A stretch of DNA of 64,000 bases from Callorhinchus milii (lineage: Eukaryota): positions 138,572,001 to 138,636,000 of the forward strand of contig NW_024704742.1 of the NCBI RefSeq assembly GCF_018977255.1. Reading direction: 5' to 3'. The notes below the pieces were generated by a model. It saw only the letters and a list, made by a program, of their open reading frames with translations. It was not told the origin of the DNA and ran no database searches. Made by a program: the position numbers and the translations under genes. Positions 13,549 through 26,295 of the stretch are shown one piece after another; positions within the stretch are counted from its first letter, which is position 1; each line of letters begins with the position of its first letter.

Positions 13549-14095
13549 AAAACAGAAGTCGCTGGGAACACTCAGCAGGTCAGGCAGCATCTACGGAGAA
13601 AGAAAAGGTGTGTCTTGATCCCAGACACACCTTTTCTCCCTCTGCTCTGCCTGATTTGACTGTTTCGACTCTGGTCTCGACTGTCCAGCGCCTTGGGATG
13701 TCCTCCCGACGTGAAAGGCGCTCCATAAATGTAATTTTATTGTTGTTATTTTGCTGCAATCTTTTCCCCCTTCTTTGTTCGGCAGTATTAACACCTCTAT
13801 TCGCCTGCTTTGTTGCAATCCCCCTTTCTTTTGCATCATTAACACCTCTTTAACCCATCATCCCCCATCCTCTACCCCATTTTCTCCTTTGTCTTCCTTG
13901 CCCTGACTCCCCCCTCTCTGTTAGCCCTTAAAAGCCTCTCCCCCACAGCGTGCCCCAGTTCGGACGAAGGGTCATGGACCCAAAACGTTGACTCACTTTC
14001 CTCTCTCCATAGATGCCGCCTGACCTGCTGAGGGCTCCCAGCGACTTGGGTTTTTGTTTCAGATTTCCAGCATCTGCAGTATTTTGTGTTTTATT
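13549..14095. mobile_element. Penelope-like element end with inverted terminal arrangement
   Basis: About 60-bp inverted repeat, 13549-13609 vs 13995-14054 (CTCAGCAGGTCAGGCAGCATCT), and a hammerhead-like motif at 13956-13993. Confidence 0.65.
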
Positions 14096-14289
14096 TACTG
14101 TGTACCTAAATTTCGCTCCACAACTGAGCAGCAAATTAATCTCATCAGAAATGCCTCCCCACAACATTCATGACAAAGTCATTCAACTTCCTGAAGGAAA
14201 TATCCAGATATAAAAAACGTAATTAAAATCATCAGATTGTCAGGCAGCAAAGTGGTGATAATTGGGGCAGAATTATCACCAGAGCCACA

Positions 14290-15010
14290 ATACATCTGTA
14301 TCATTTATTGTATGTTACATCTCCTCAATCCTCCTATCAAAATGCATCACTTCACACTTCTCTGTATTAAATTCCATCTGCCATGTGTCTGCCAATTCCA
14401 CCAATCGTTTTATATCCTCCTCGCTGTTTACCACATTCCCAAATTTTGTGTCATCTGCAAACTTTAAAATGTTGCTCTTTGTACCCAAGTCCAAGTCCAA
14501 GTCATTCACATATGTCAAAAAGAAACCAGTACGCCTAAGAGCAATCCAAAACATTGGCAACCCTCCAGTCCTCTGGCACCCATCCAGTATCCAACGAGGA
14601 TTGAAAGACTGTGGCCAGAGCCTCCGTTATTTCCACCCGTACTTCCCTCAGTAACCTAGGATGCATCCCCTCCGGACCAGGGGACTTTTCTACTTCGAGC
14701 TCCGCTAACATTTTAAGTACTTCCTCTGTTTATTATCCAATTTCTCAACCCTCTCCTCCTTTAGCATCGACTGCATCCTCTTCTTTTATGAAGACAGATG
14801 CAAAGTCCTCATTCAGTATGTCAGCCTGAATCATATGCCTTCACAAGATTTAATTTTTGGTCCCTAATCACCCCCACCCTACCTTTGACTAATCTTTTAC
14901 TCTTTGTAGAAGACTTTAGTTTTCCCGTTTATGTTACCCACTAATCTTTTCTCATACCCTCTCTTTGCCCCTCTTATTTCCTTTTTCAGTTCTCCTCTGT
15001 ACTTTCTGTT
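14290..15010 (-). mobile_element. CR1 LINE fragments
   Basis: YVNDLDL...KFADDTK...WQMEFNTEKCEVMHF; KSPGPEGMHPRLL. Confidence 0.85.
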
Positions 15011-16309
15011 TATTTCTGTTGTTATTACTATTGTTACACCACACTGCCCTTCCCTGATCCCCGGCTCTGTGTTGACGGACACTCCAGGATTAATCGTATT
15101 CCTACAACAAACAAACAGCCTGAGGGAGACACAGCATCACAGGCTCCAGATTGGCTCTGATGCTCTGTCTTTAACCCTGATGCGTATGTCTGTGTCTGTG
15201 TTTGTGAGTGTGTTTGTGTATATGAGTGTATTGAGTGTGTTTGAGTATATATCTGTATGTCTGGGGGGGGGTGAGGGGGGTGTTATCTTACACAGTCACT
15301 ACACTAGTGTGACCAGTTCCTGTGAGGGGGTTAATAAACCACATTGGGACAGGCAGAGGCTGGGGGGGGGGGGGTCACAGCTCCTGACCCACACACACAC
15401 TGACCAGATGTGACGTCTCACACAACGTTACACACACACACGTGCACACACATGCACGCACACACACACACACACGCGCACACACGCACACACACAGACA
15501 CACACGCGCGCACACACACGCACACACACACACGCACACACTGAGTTACTGATGACAGCTGTGTCCTCAACACAACACAACACAGTCTCTGTCCTGTCCT
15601 CAACCACAACCAGCTCTCCCTCCCTGCTCAGGCCGACAGAGATACTTCCTGGTTTCCGTTTCGTTTGCCGATTCCCTTTATTACTTTACAAACCCCGTTC
15701 CCCCCCACCCCCCACACCCACTCCTCCCGCCCAGACGCTCAACGGCTCTGGGGAATAGCCACCCCCCGTTCACCTGCAAAACACGGTCATAACCAACCCT
15801 GTGAAGCACTTTGAGACCCCCTCCAGAGGATCGAGTGTCAGGAGGGTGACCCGCCTTGCATCGTGCCCGCGCTGCCCCTTTAAGAGCCTGCGAGGGGGGT
15901 GGATGTGAGAGTGGGGGGGTGGGGGGGGGTGGGGGGGGCATGAACGCCGCAAGGATTATTTTATCCTGAGCTGGGAACATTCCTGCAATACTTGCTTGTT
16001 AGCGGGTGATAACTAGGAGCGTGTATATCGGGAGACAGGTCCGTGCCTGTTACCAGTCGTGGGTGGGTGCGGGGGGGTGGGGGTGGGGGGGCGGGGGGAG
16101 CAATGGGGGCAAAGGATTTCGTCCCCATCACACTCAGAGGGAGAGAGAGAGAGGAGGGAGAGAGAGAGAACCAGTGAGAGACTGAATGACGGACGGTCAG
16201 ATAGACAGAGATATACTGTAAGGTGTAGTGACTGTGTATTTGGCCTCACACAGTCTAAGCCGATGCTTGCGAGGCGAGGGCTCTAACCCCTGAGCTACAG
16301 GTCTCCGTG

Positions 16310-16365
16310 GACTGAGAGAGAAGCAAAGATAAAGAGAGAAACAGACAGAGTGGGAGAGGTAGAAG

Positions 16366-16409
<44 letters not shown>

Positions 16410-17403
16410 GAGAGGGCGAGAGGGAGGGAGAGACAGCGAGAGAGGGCGAGAGGGAGGGAGAGACAGAGGAGAGAGGGCGAGAGGGAGGGAGAGACAGCGA
16501 GAGAGGGCGAGAGGGAGGGAGAGACAGAGGAGAGAGGGCGAGAGGGAGGGAGAGACAGCGAGAGAGGGCGAGAGGGAGGGAGAGACAGCGAGAGACAGAG
16601 GAGAGAGGGCGAGAGGGAGGGAGAGACAGCGAGAGACAGAGGAGAGAGGGCGAGAGGGAGGGAGAGACAGCGAGAGAGGGCGAGAGGGAGGGAGAGACAG
16701 CGAGAGAGGGCGAGAGGGAGGGAGAGACAGCGAGAGACAGAGGAGAGAGGGCGAGAGGGAGGGAGAGACAGCGAGAGAGGGCGAGAGGGAGGGAGAGACA
16801 GAGGAGAGAGGGCGAGAGGGAGGAGAGACAGCGAGAGAGGGCGAGAGGGAGGAGAGACAGAGGAGAGAGGGCGAGAGGGAGTGGGAGAGACAGAGCGAGA
16901 GAGGGCGAGAGGGAGTGGGAGAGACAGAGCGAGAGAGGGCGAGAGGGAGTGGGAGAGACAGAGCGAGAGAGGGCGAGAGGGAGGGAGAGACAGAGGAGAG
17001 AGGGCGAGAGGGAGGGAGAGACAGAGGAGAGAGGGCGAGAGGGAGGGAGAGACAGAGCGAGAGAGGGCGAGAGGGAGTGGGAGAGACAGAGCGAGAGAGG
17101 GCAAGAGGGAGTGGGAGAGACAGAGCGAGAGAGGGCGAGAGGGAGGGAGAGACAGAGCGAGAGAAGGGCGAGAGGGAGTGGGAGAGACAGAGCGAGAGAG
17201 GGCGAGAGGGAGTGGGAGAGACAGAGCGAGAGAGGGCGAGAGGGAGGGAGAGACAGAGGAGAGAGGGCGAGAGGGAGTGGGAGAGACAGAGCGAGAGAGG
17301 GCGAGAGGGAGGGAGAGACAGAGCGAGAGAGGGCGAGAGGGAGGGAGAGACAGAGCGAGAGAGAGAGATGGAGAGAGAGAGAGGGAGAGAGAGGGAGAGA
17401 GAG
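16310..17403. repeat. Purine-rich GA satellite
   Basis: GAGAGAGGGCGAGAGGGAGGGAGAGACAG variants. Confidence 0.95.
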
Positions 17404-17665
17404 CGCGGCAGCCAATTGCGCACAGCAGCGTCCCACAAACAGTCGTGCGTTGAATGACTATTTTTTTGGGGGGTGGGGTCGGGGGGAGGGATTATTAGCC
17501 CCGGAAAGCAATCCGCCAATCGATTAACAACCGGGTTCCTACGTCACTGCTGGTAAACAGAGGCGTGTGGGGTAAGGAAACTTGTCTAAGGTTTTGCCCT
17601 GCCCGGGAATCAAACCCAATCCTCTCGCTTGAAGGGAGCGCTCTAACCATCGAGCTACAGGGACT
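17404..17665 (-). mobile_element. tRNA SINE (3' part replaced by GA-rich satellite)
   Basis: Head and body on the minus strand. Confidence 0.85.
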
Positions 17666-17871
17666 TTTTGAAAGCTATTATCATTCTGCTTCCACCAGCC
17701 TTTCAGGCAGTGTATTCCAGACCGTAACAACTCTCTGGGTAAAAAAAAATGTCTCCTTCTCTCCCCTCTGGTTCTTTTGCCAATTAAATCTGTGTCCTCT
17801 GGTTAAGATGGTGGCAAACTGCGTGAATGTCTTCAATCCCCATCAACCTCCAGCCCTTCCAGCTCGTGCTT

Positions 17872-18385
17872 TCACCAAACACCCTAGCACCCACCAAACA
17901 CCCTAGCACCCACCAAACACCCTAGCACCCACCAAACACCCTAGCACCCACCAAACACCCTAGCACCCACCAAACACCCTAGCACCCACCAAACACCCTA
18001 GCACCCACAAACACCTAGCACCCACCAAACACCCTAGCACCCACCAAACACCCTAGCACCCACCAAACACCCTAGCACCCACCAAACACCCTAGCGCCCA
18101 CCAAACACCCTAGCGCCCACCAAACACCTAGCGCCCACCAAACAACCTAGCGCCCACCAAACACCCTAGCGCCCACCAAACACCCTAGCGCCCACCAAAC
18201 ACCCTAGCACCCACCAAACACCCTAGCACCCACCAAACACCTAGCGCCCACCAAACACCCTAGCGCCCACCAAACACCCTAGCGCCCACCAAACACCCTA
18301 GTGCCCACCAAACATGCTAGCACCCACCAAACACCCTAGCACCCACCAAACACCCTAGCACCCACCAAACACCCTAGCGCCCACC
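17872..18385. repeat. 19-bp minisatellite (about 27 copies)
   Basis: CCCTAGCACCCACCAAACA / CCCTAGCGCCCACCAAACA. Confidence 0.95.
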
Positions 18386-18989
18386 TGCCCATCCACTGTT
18401 TACCCAAGTCCAGTGTCTTAGTGTCACCCCTATTCCTGGCAGCTTGGTCCAGTCATTAATAATAATAATAACAATCCTTGCATTTGATAAAGTGTTGGGG
18501 AGAGGGAGAGAGCGCGAGGAATGGGGTGAGAGTAGGGTACAGACCTCCAGTGGGGGCACAGTCACATTGTGTAGACAGTGACTCAGCCTTTTTCAGTTCC
18601 GTGTTGGCCATATCCAAAAGGTAAGTTTATCATTTGGATGAAGTAAACTCCCACTCGTCTGTGTGTTATTATTCTGATGATTAGCATTCCTTATCACCAG
18701 GCTGAGCCCACAGAACAAAGGTCTTATTGTGGCTCTGTATTTTACAGTGCAAAGGAGCAATCGCCTCCACAGCTCACGCACTGGGCTCACCTACTGCTGA
18801 TAGTGACTGAGATGTGGACCGAATGGGACACTGGGTGGAGCATAAACTCAGCAAATACCGGGTACGTGCAGAGGCGCACAGCTCTCTACTCACTCCCCAT
18901 CGTGTCTGTGCTGGTGCTCGCTCCGCCGCCCACTGGAGCCCTCTCCTCTAATCCCATTCCCTGTGTTGTCTGGCTTTGTCCACATTTTC

Positions 18990-20835
18990 TTTCTAGTCTG
19001 TATTTCTCTTTCCAACGAACCAATGCTTTGGGGATATCCCATTGAACTTGTCTTATGGTTTATTTCCGACTGTCTGGTGAATGTCTTGTATTCCTTGCTT
19101 GAAAATTGGGGCTCATTATTGCTAATTATTTCCCTTGGTATTCCACGCCGGGCACAGATTTCCTTGGTTTTTTTCCCACTATAATTTTGGATGATGTGTC
19201 AATCAACTCTTTCCTCAGTCTCCTTTCCCCCCGCCCCAAATCTTGTTGATATTTTTCCAGTATTTCTTCCGCCTCCATTTGTTTGTAGCCTTCTGTCTCC
19301 GCACTCTGAATTCTCTTGAGCGACCCCATTCCAATGATGTCTTGCAGTTCGAGCAGAGTATTGGCTTTTAATTTGACAACGTGAAACCATATTACCTAAT
19401 ATGGTTTCTCTTTGTCCACCACTTCTATGACTACTCTGCCCGCTGTCTCTATTTCTCCTTTGTTATACGCCAACAGTCTGCATTTACCCTGTCCCTATGT
19501 GTACTTATTGACTTCTCCCAGCTGTATATTCTCTTCTAACGACATTACACCGGCCTGAGCTTCTGTATCCAAAATATATCTTAACCATTTCCTTTCTGTG
19601 TGCACCACAGAGATATCATTCATTCCCCTTTCTCTTTTTCTGTATGCACTGTCTTAATGATTTTCATTGGATCAACGTTATACTCCTATCTTGTTCACTC
19701 ACTCTGGATTCCATATCCGAATGGCCCCATATTTCATCCTTGCCTTGATCGTGTTTGCTCTATTCCAGTTCTCTGTGTATTATTTGGCCATCTGTTCTCG
19801 TGTTGTCCTCTATGCCTTTTCTCCTGTTTCCCTCCGCCATGGCTCCTCATGGGCTCTCTTTGTCCATTTATGCATTGTCTTGTCTAGTGCTCAGACCGAT
19901 CACACACAAAGCACTCTCTTCCTTCCGCTGATCATCTCCGAAAAAGGATGCACTTATCCACAATTCCCACATGCTTCCTTTATATCTGTTGGCCTTTTAG
20001 ACCTGTATATCCTCCGTGCTCCACATTCCTCATTGAGCTAATTCATCACTTTCCGTCATCTCTTCTATATTTCTGGGTTTGATCCTGGCAGGGCGAAACT
20101 TGGGCAAGTTTCCTTACTCCACACGCCTAATAATAATCCCACAAAAAAACCCAATAAATTAGTCACTTCAATCCACGACTGTTTGTGGGACGCTGCTGTG
20201 CGCAATTCGCCCACAAATATACAGTCAATTCACTTTACAGTATATTCTGTGAGACGTCTAGACGATGTGATAAGGTGTGATATCAAATGCAAGGGTTATC
20301 ATTATTATTTCTATCAATGTCCCTTGTGTGAGCTTTGGACATTATTTCTATACCCAAGATTAGCAGAGCTTTTTGGAGCATTAACGTCTCCTCTTTCAAG
20401 AGCTTTATTAGCTTTATTATCGTATTTATTATCTTTCTATCCGATTACAATTCGGTCTCTGATCATCTCTTCCTTTAAAGCTCCATAATCACATGTCTTA
20501 CTGATGGTAATACCACACAGTATGGATAAAATGATTCCGTAGGCAATTGCTCCCTTGTTCCAAATTTATATCTCTACACTGTGACGTTGTTTTACCCACA
20601 GCATCTTTCCCACATGGCTTTTATCATCTCATCTAATGGCACGTCCATATCTTTCTCCGTAGTTGCAAAGTAATCACTCACTTCTTCTTCTGCAACATTT
20701 AGGAAAACAGCCAACTGCTGTATTTGTGCCAATTCCTTCACATTTGAGGCGAGTGCAAATATCTCGAAAACCCATACAAATCTTTACCAACTACGTCTTA
20801 AGTTACCTTCCAACCTCAGTGACCGCGGTATTTGC
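18990..20835 (-). mobile_element. Decayed Ty3/Gypsy LTR-retrotransposon internal fragment (gag, protease, start of RT), Mag-like; SINE inserted at about 20075-20310
   Basis: Manual translation with stops: LEGNLRRSW*RF...RYKFGTREQLPTESF...CDYGALKEEMIRDRIVIG (gag), CGNCG..H (knuckle remnant), ILDTEAQAGV (degenerate LDTGA protease). Confidence 0.75.
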
Positions 20836-20837
20836 AG

Positions 20838-21386
20838 ATCATAGAATCATAGAATTATACAGCACAGGAGGAGGCCATTCGGCCCATCGTATCTGTGTCG
20901 GCTCTTTGAGAAGAGCTTCCAAATCAACCCCACTCCCCCCGCGCTCTCCCCATAGCCCCAATCAACCCCACTCCCCCACTCTCTCCCCATAGCCCTGATC
21001 AACCCCACTCCCCCGCTCTCTCCCCATAGCCCTGATCAACCCCACTCCCCCGCTCTCCCCCATAGCCCTGATCAACCCCACTCCCCGCTCTCTCCCCATA
21101 GCCCTGATCACCCCACTCCCCCACTCTCTCCCCATAGCCCTGATCAACCCCACTCCCCCTACTCTCTCCATAGCCCTGATCAACCCCACTCCCCCCACTC
21201 TCTCCATGGCCCTGATCAACCCCACTCCCCCTCTCTCCCCATAGCCCTGATCAACCCCACTCCCCCGCTCTCTCCCATAGCCCTGATCAACCCCACTCCC
21301 CCGCTCTCTCCCCATAGCCCTGATCAACCCACTCCCCCGCTCTCTCCCCATAGCCCTGATCAACCCCACTCCCCCGCTCTCCCCCA
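20838..21386 (-). mobile_element. CR1 3' end with expanded 37-bp minisatellite, running into a gap
   Basis: CATAGAAT tail, GGCCATTCGGCCCATC, and the reverse complement of the same 37-bp unit. Confidence 0.9.
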
Positions 21387-21411
21387 NNNNNNNNNNNNNN
21401 NNNNNNNNNNN
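21387..21411. other. Assembly gap (25 N)
   Basis: N run between two tandem repeats. Confidence 1.
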
Positions 21412-21980
21412 ATCTGTGTGTGTATATCTGTGTGTGTGTTGTGTTATCTGTGTGTGTGTGTATCTGTGTGTGATCTGTGTGTGTGTATCTGTGTGTATAT
21501 CTGTGTGTTGTGTGTATCTGTGTGTGTATATCTGTGTGTGTGTATCTGTGTGTACATCTGTGTGTGTGTATATGTGTGTGTGTGTATGTGTGTTTGTGTA
21601 TATGTGTGATTGTGTATATGTATGTGTGTGTATATGCGTGTGTGTGTATATCTGTGTGTGTGTGTATCTGTGTGTATATCTGTGTGTCTGTGTATCTGTG
21701 TGTGTATCTGTGTGTGTGTATATGTGTGTGTGTGTATGTGTGTGTGTATATGCGCGTGTGTGTATATGCGTGTGTGTGTATATGTGTGTGTATGTATATG
21801 TGTGTGTGTATATGTGTGTGTGTGTATATGTGTGTGTGTGTATATGCGTGTCTGTGTATATGCGTGTGTGTGTATATGCGTGTGTGTGTATATGCGTGTG
21901 TGTGTATATGCGTGTGTGTGTATATGCGTGTGTGTGTATATGCGTGTGTGTGTATGTGTGTGTGTGGATGTGTGTGTGTA

Positions 21981-22015
<35 letters not shown>

Positions 22016-22320
22016 GTGTATATGTGTGTGTGGGTGTGTATATGTGTGTGTGTGTATGTGTGTGTGTATGTGTGTGTGTGTATGTGTGTGTGTGTATATG
22101 TGTGTGTGTATATGTGTGTGTGTGTGTATATGTGTGTGTGTATATGTGTGTGTATCTGTGTGTGTGTGTATATGTGTGTGTGTATATGTGTGTGTGTGTA
22201 TATGTGTATATCTGTGTGTGTGTATATGTGTGTGTGTGTATATGTGTATATCTGTGTGTGTGTATATGTGTGTGTATCTGTGTGTGTATATGTGTGTGTG
22301 TGTATATGTGTGTGTGTGCG
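21412..22320. repeat. (TG)n/(TA) compound microsatellite; a CA-rich tract also at about 24210-24640
   Basis: Direct inspection. Confidence 0.95.
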
Positions 22321-22659
22321 AGTGACTGATTAACCACTCGGACTTCCCTAAAATGTTATTATTTCTATATTTATGACAGAATTTAAGATTAATTTAATTT
22401 GAATTTCTGAAAGACGTTTCCCAGGAGTTTGTGCCAAAACATTCCACACCGCTTTTTGCCACAAATAGTCACTACACTTTACAGTATATTGCGTGAAGCG
22501 CTTTGAGACGTCTCGAAGATATGATAAGGCACGATATCAAACGTGAGTATTATGATGATGACGATGATTCTGTGAGCTTGGACGTGAGAGTAAGAAGGTC
22601 TCACGCCTGAGTCCGGGGGGAATTTGCGGTTCCCAATTCCAAATTCGCAATTCCAAATT

Positions 22660-23155
22660 CCAAATTCTCGAATTCAAGATCCTCATCCTCACCTACAAGG
22701 CCATTCACGGCCTCGCTCCCTCCTACCTCTCTGACCTACTATCCCCCTACTTACCTGCCCGTACCCTCCGTTCCTCTGGCTCCGGTCTGCTCCACATCCC
22801 CCGCCCCAACCGCCCGACCATTGGTGGCCTTCAGCCTCTCAGCCCCAAGGCTCTGGAACTCCATCCCCTATCCAGTGCCTTCGCCGCTTCCTCCCTTTCC
22901 TCCTTCAAGGCCGGTCTCAAGACCTTTCTCTTTGACCTTCAGCCTTCAGCTCCGCTCTCGACTCTCTACCCCTCCTCACTCCCTCCCTTCCCTCCCTCAC
23001 CCTGACCATTTCCCCCTCCTCGCTCCTCCCTTCCCTCCCTCACCCTGACCACTTCCCCGCTGCTCGGGTCCTGACCCAACTGTACAGCGCCTTGGGACGT
23101 CCTCCCGACGTGAAAGGCGCTCAATAAATGGAATCTTGTTGTTGTTGTTGTTGTT
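22660..23155 (+). mobile_element. L2 3' fragment
   Basis: FKILILTYKA...; tail GGGACGTCCTCCCGACGTGAAAGGCGC...(TTG)n. Confidence 0.88.
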
Positions 23156-23512
23156 CCCGGTTGCTTCGCTGCGTGGCTTGGCAGATTGAGCCCTCGTAGC
23201 ATCAGGCGAGCGGCATCTGGTTTACGAGGTCTCGGGGTCAGGAAGTGGGGCCGCGTGTGTTTGTCTGATAAAGTAAACAGGAAATCATCTGTGCTCGTCT
23301 TCACAGGAACCGCTTCATTCCCTCCTCAACTCTATCGTCCAGTCTGGAACATTCAACGGGATTTATCTAAACTCCCCGCTTTATGAGCCTGGCCCGGCAG
23401 CCAGGAATTTCACAAGACACAAGAGCTTTGGATGTGGATAATGACCTTTCGATCTATTTGATCTCATCGTTGACTCCCACCCTCTTCCCATCTGCCCGTC
23501 AAGCTGCTTTAT

Positions 23513-26295
23513 GGCGTCCTGTAGCTCAGCGGTTAGAGCCCTCGCCTCGCAAGCGAGAGGACCTGGGTTGGATTCCCGGGCAGGGGGCGAGCTTCGGGCG
23601 AGTTTCCTTACTCCGCACGCCTCTGGTTACCCAGATATTAATAGGAACCCGGTTGTTTGTTGATTGGCGGATCCAGGGTAATAAATGCTTCAAAAAAATA
23701 ATAATAATAATTTGGTCACCCAACACGCGACTGTTTGTGGGACACTGCTGTGCGCAATTGCCTGCCGCATTTTGCCCCCAAAATAAACAGTCACTACACT
23801 TTACAGTATATTCCGTGAAGTGCTTAGAGAAGTCTCTGAGACACAAGGCGCTATATCAAATACAAGGATTATTATTATTATTATTATAATACACCAGTCC
23901 CAGTGACCTGGCCTCAACCCCCCTTCCTGCTAACCCTGTTCCACTCGTTAATTACCCTCTGGGTAAAGAAACACTTCCTGGTGTCTTTCCTAAAATGACC
24001 CTTTACACTAAACTCTAACCCTGTGGCCTCTTGTTCTACTGTCTCAGTGCATCTGACAGCAATGATCTGGGTTTACTTTTCAATCCCATTCACACTGTTA
24101 CACACCTCTGGGACGTCCCCACTCAGTTATCCCTCTACACTGTGTGTCCACACTCCCAGGTCAGGGTTAGAGACAGTAAAGCTCCTCTACACTGTGTGTC
24201 CACACTCCAGGCACACACACTCACACACACACCCTCACATACACAAACACACACACATACACACTCACACACACACCCTCACATACACAAACGCACACAC
24301 ACACACTCACACACACCCCCTCACATACACAAATACACACACACATACACACTCACACACACCCCCTCACATACACAAACACACACACACACACTCACAC
24401 ACACCCCCTCACATACACAAACACACACACACATACACACTCACACACACACCCTCACATACACAAATACACAAACACACACACACACTCACATTCACAC
24501 ACACACCCTCACACACACAAACACAAACACACACACACACATTCACACACACACCCTAACACACACTCACACACACACCCTCACATACACAAACACACTC
24601 AAACAACTGACATACGCAAACACACTCACGCACTCACAAACGCTACTCTTCCCTCCGCAGACTGCAGACCATCCAGAACTGTAATAACCACTAAGCTACA
24701 GGAATCCACTGCCGGGCTGGGAAGCGAGGGTGGGGTGGGGTGGGGTGGGGTGGGGTGGGGGGGTGATGGGACCACGGAGCCTGGAGAGGGCACGAGCTGC
24801 CGAGTTACAATAATAATCCTCGCATTTGATACAGCGCCCTATCACGTCACTGAGACGCCTCAAAGTGCTTCACAGAACATACTGTGCAGTGGAGTGACTG
24901 TATATGTTGTGGGTGAAACTCTGCTGCCAGTTGATCACACCATCGTCCCACAAACAGTTATGGATTGAGTGACCACATTTTTTTTTAAGGGGTTATTACC
25001 CACGAAAAAGTGATCCGCCAACCGACTAACAACCGGGTTCCTACTGACTGCTGGTGAACAGAGGTGTGTGGAGTGAGGAGACTTGCCCACGTTTCGCCCC
25101 CGGCCCGGGAATCGAACCCAGGTCCTCTCACTTGCGAGGCGAGGGCTCTAACCGCTGAGCTACGGGTCTCCACATTGCCCAGAACTAGACTGAGTTAAGC
25201 CGTGGTGCTCGGCTGGTGACGGGGGGATTGTTTTTTTTTGGTGGGGGGGTTTCGTTCTTTGGACTAAGATCTCTCCGATTCCTGTTTAACATTGTTCTGG
25301 TCTTGAGAGAACATTCTAGACTCCGTAACCCTCCACACGTCAAAGATTAGCCTCTAACCAGTCAGTCGCCCTCGCGACGACCCTAACCCAAATTCCTCCA
25401 TTCCCATCTTTCCCACGGGAGAATCTGTAATCCATGCTTTGGAAGAGTTCTCTGGAGCATTGGCAGAGATAGCGAGTGCCAAGCTGTGACTGGTCACGTC
25501 ACTGGGCATCGCTGGCAGCCACTGGTGACCACATACTCTCACACACAGCCCAGCCCAGGTCACCCAGTGATTGACACCCAGCGCCCCGTCTCTGCCAGAG
25601 AAAGTCTCAGCGATATCTCCTTATTAGCTCATAACGGCTTTTAATCGCACCCTCCTCTTCCCCTCGTCTTCACCATCATACCCCATCCTCACCATCACCC
25701 CCTGACTACGTCAACTCCCAGCTGGTCGGCCTTCCCAACTCTTCCCTCCGCGAGCTGCGGATCATCCAGAACTCCTTTCGCCCACAAAACACACAGTCAA
25801 TTCGCTCTACAGCATATTCTGTGAAGCTCTTTGGGACGTCTCGAAGACGTGATAAGGCGCTGTATCAAATGGAAAGATTATTGTTATAACTCTGCAGCTC
25901 GTGTCCACCCTCTCCCGGCTCCACTGGGTCCCCATCCCTGCAGTGGAGTCTTGTAGCTCAGGGGTTAGAGATACACGCCTCGCAAGCGAGAGGTCATGGG
26001 TTCGATTCCCGGACAGGGGGCGAAACCTTAGGCAAGTTTCCTTACCCCACGCGCCTCTGTTTACCAGCAGTCAGTAGGAACCCGGTTGTTAGTCGATTGG
26101 CGGATCGCTTTCCGGGAGTAATAATCCCTCCAAAAATAAATAGATAAATAATTTGGTCATCAATCCATGTCTGTTGTGTGCAATTGGCTGCTGCGTTTTG
26201 CCCACAAAATGTACAGTCACTACACTTCTGTGAAGTGCTTTGAGACGTCGCGAAGACCTGATAAGGCGCTGAATCAAATGCAAGGATTATTATTT
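23513..26295. mobile_element. tRNA SINE copies: about 23513-23888(+), 24808-25171(-), 25944-26295(+)
   Basis: Full-length long-subfamily copies. Confidence 0.88.

Noticed and set aside
15774..15887. 114-nt open minus-strand exon candidate
   Set aside because: Partly composed of SINE-tail sequence, and the peptide resembles nothing I recognise.
16197..17527. Long Ser/Leu/Pro and Arg/Glu ORFs
   Set aside because: Translations of a GA satellite that lacks stop codons.
21416..22337. Cys/Val- and His/Thr-rich ORFs
   Set aside because: TG/CA microsatellite.
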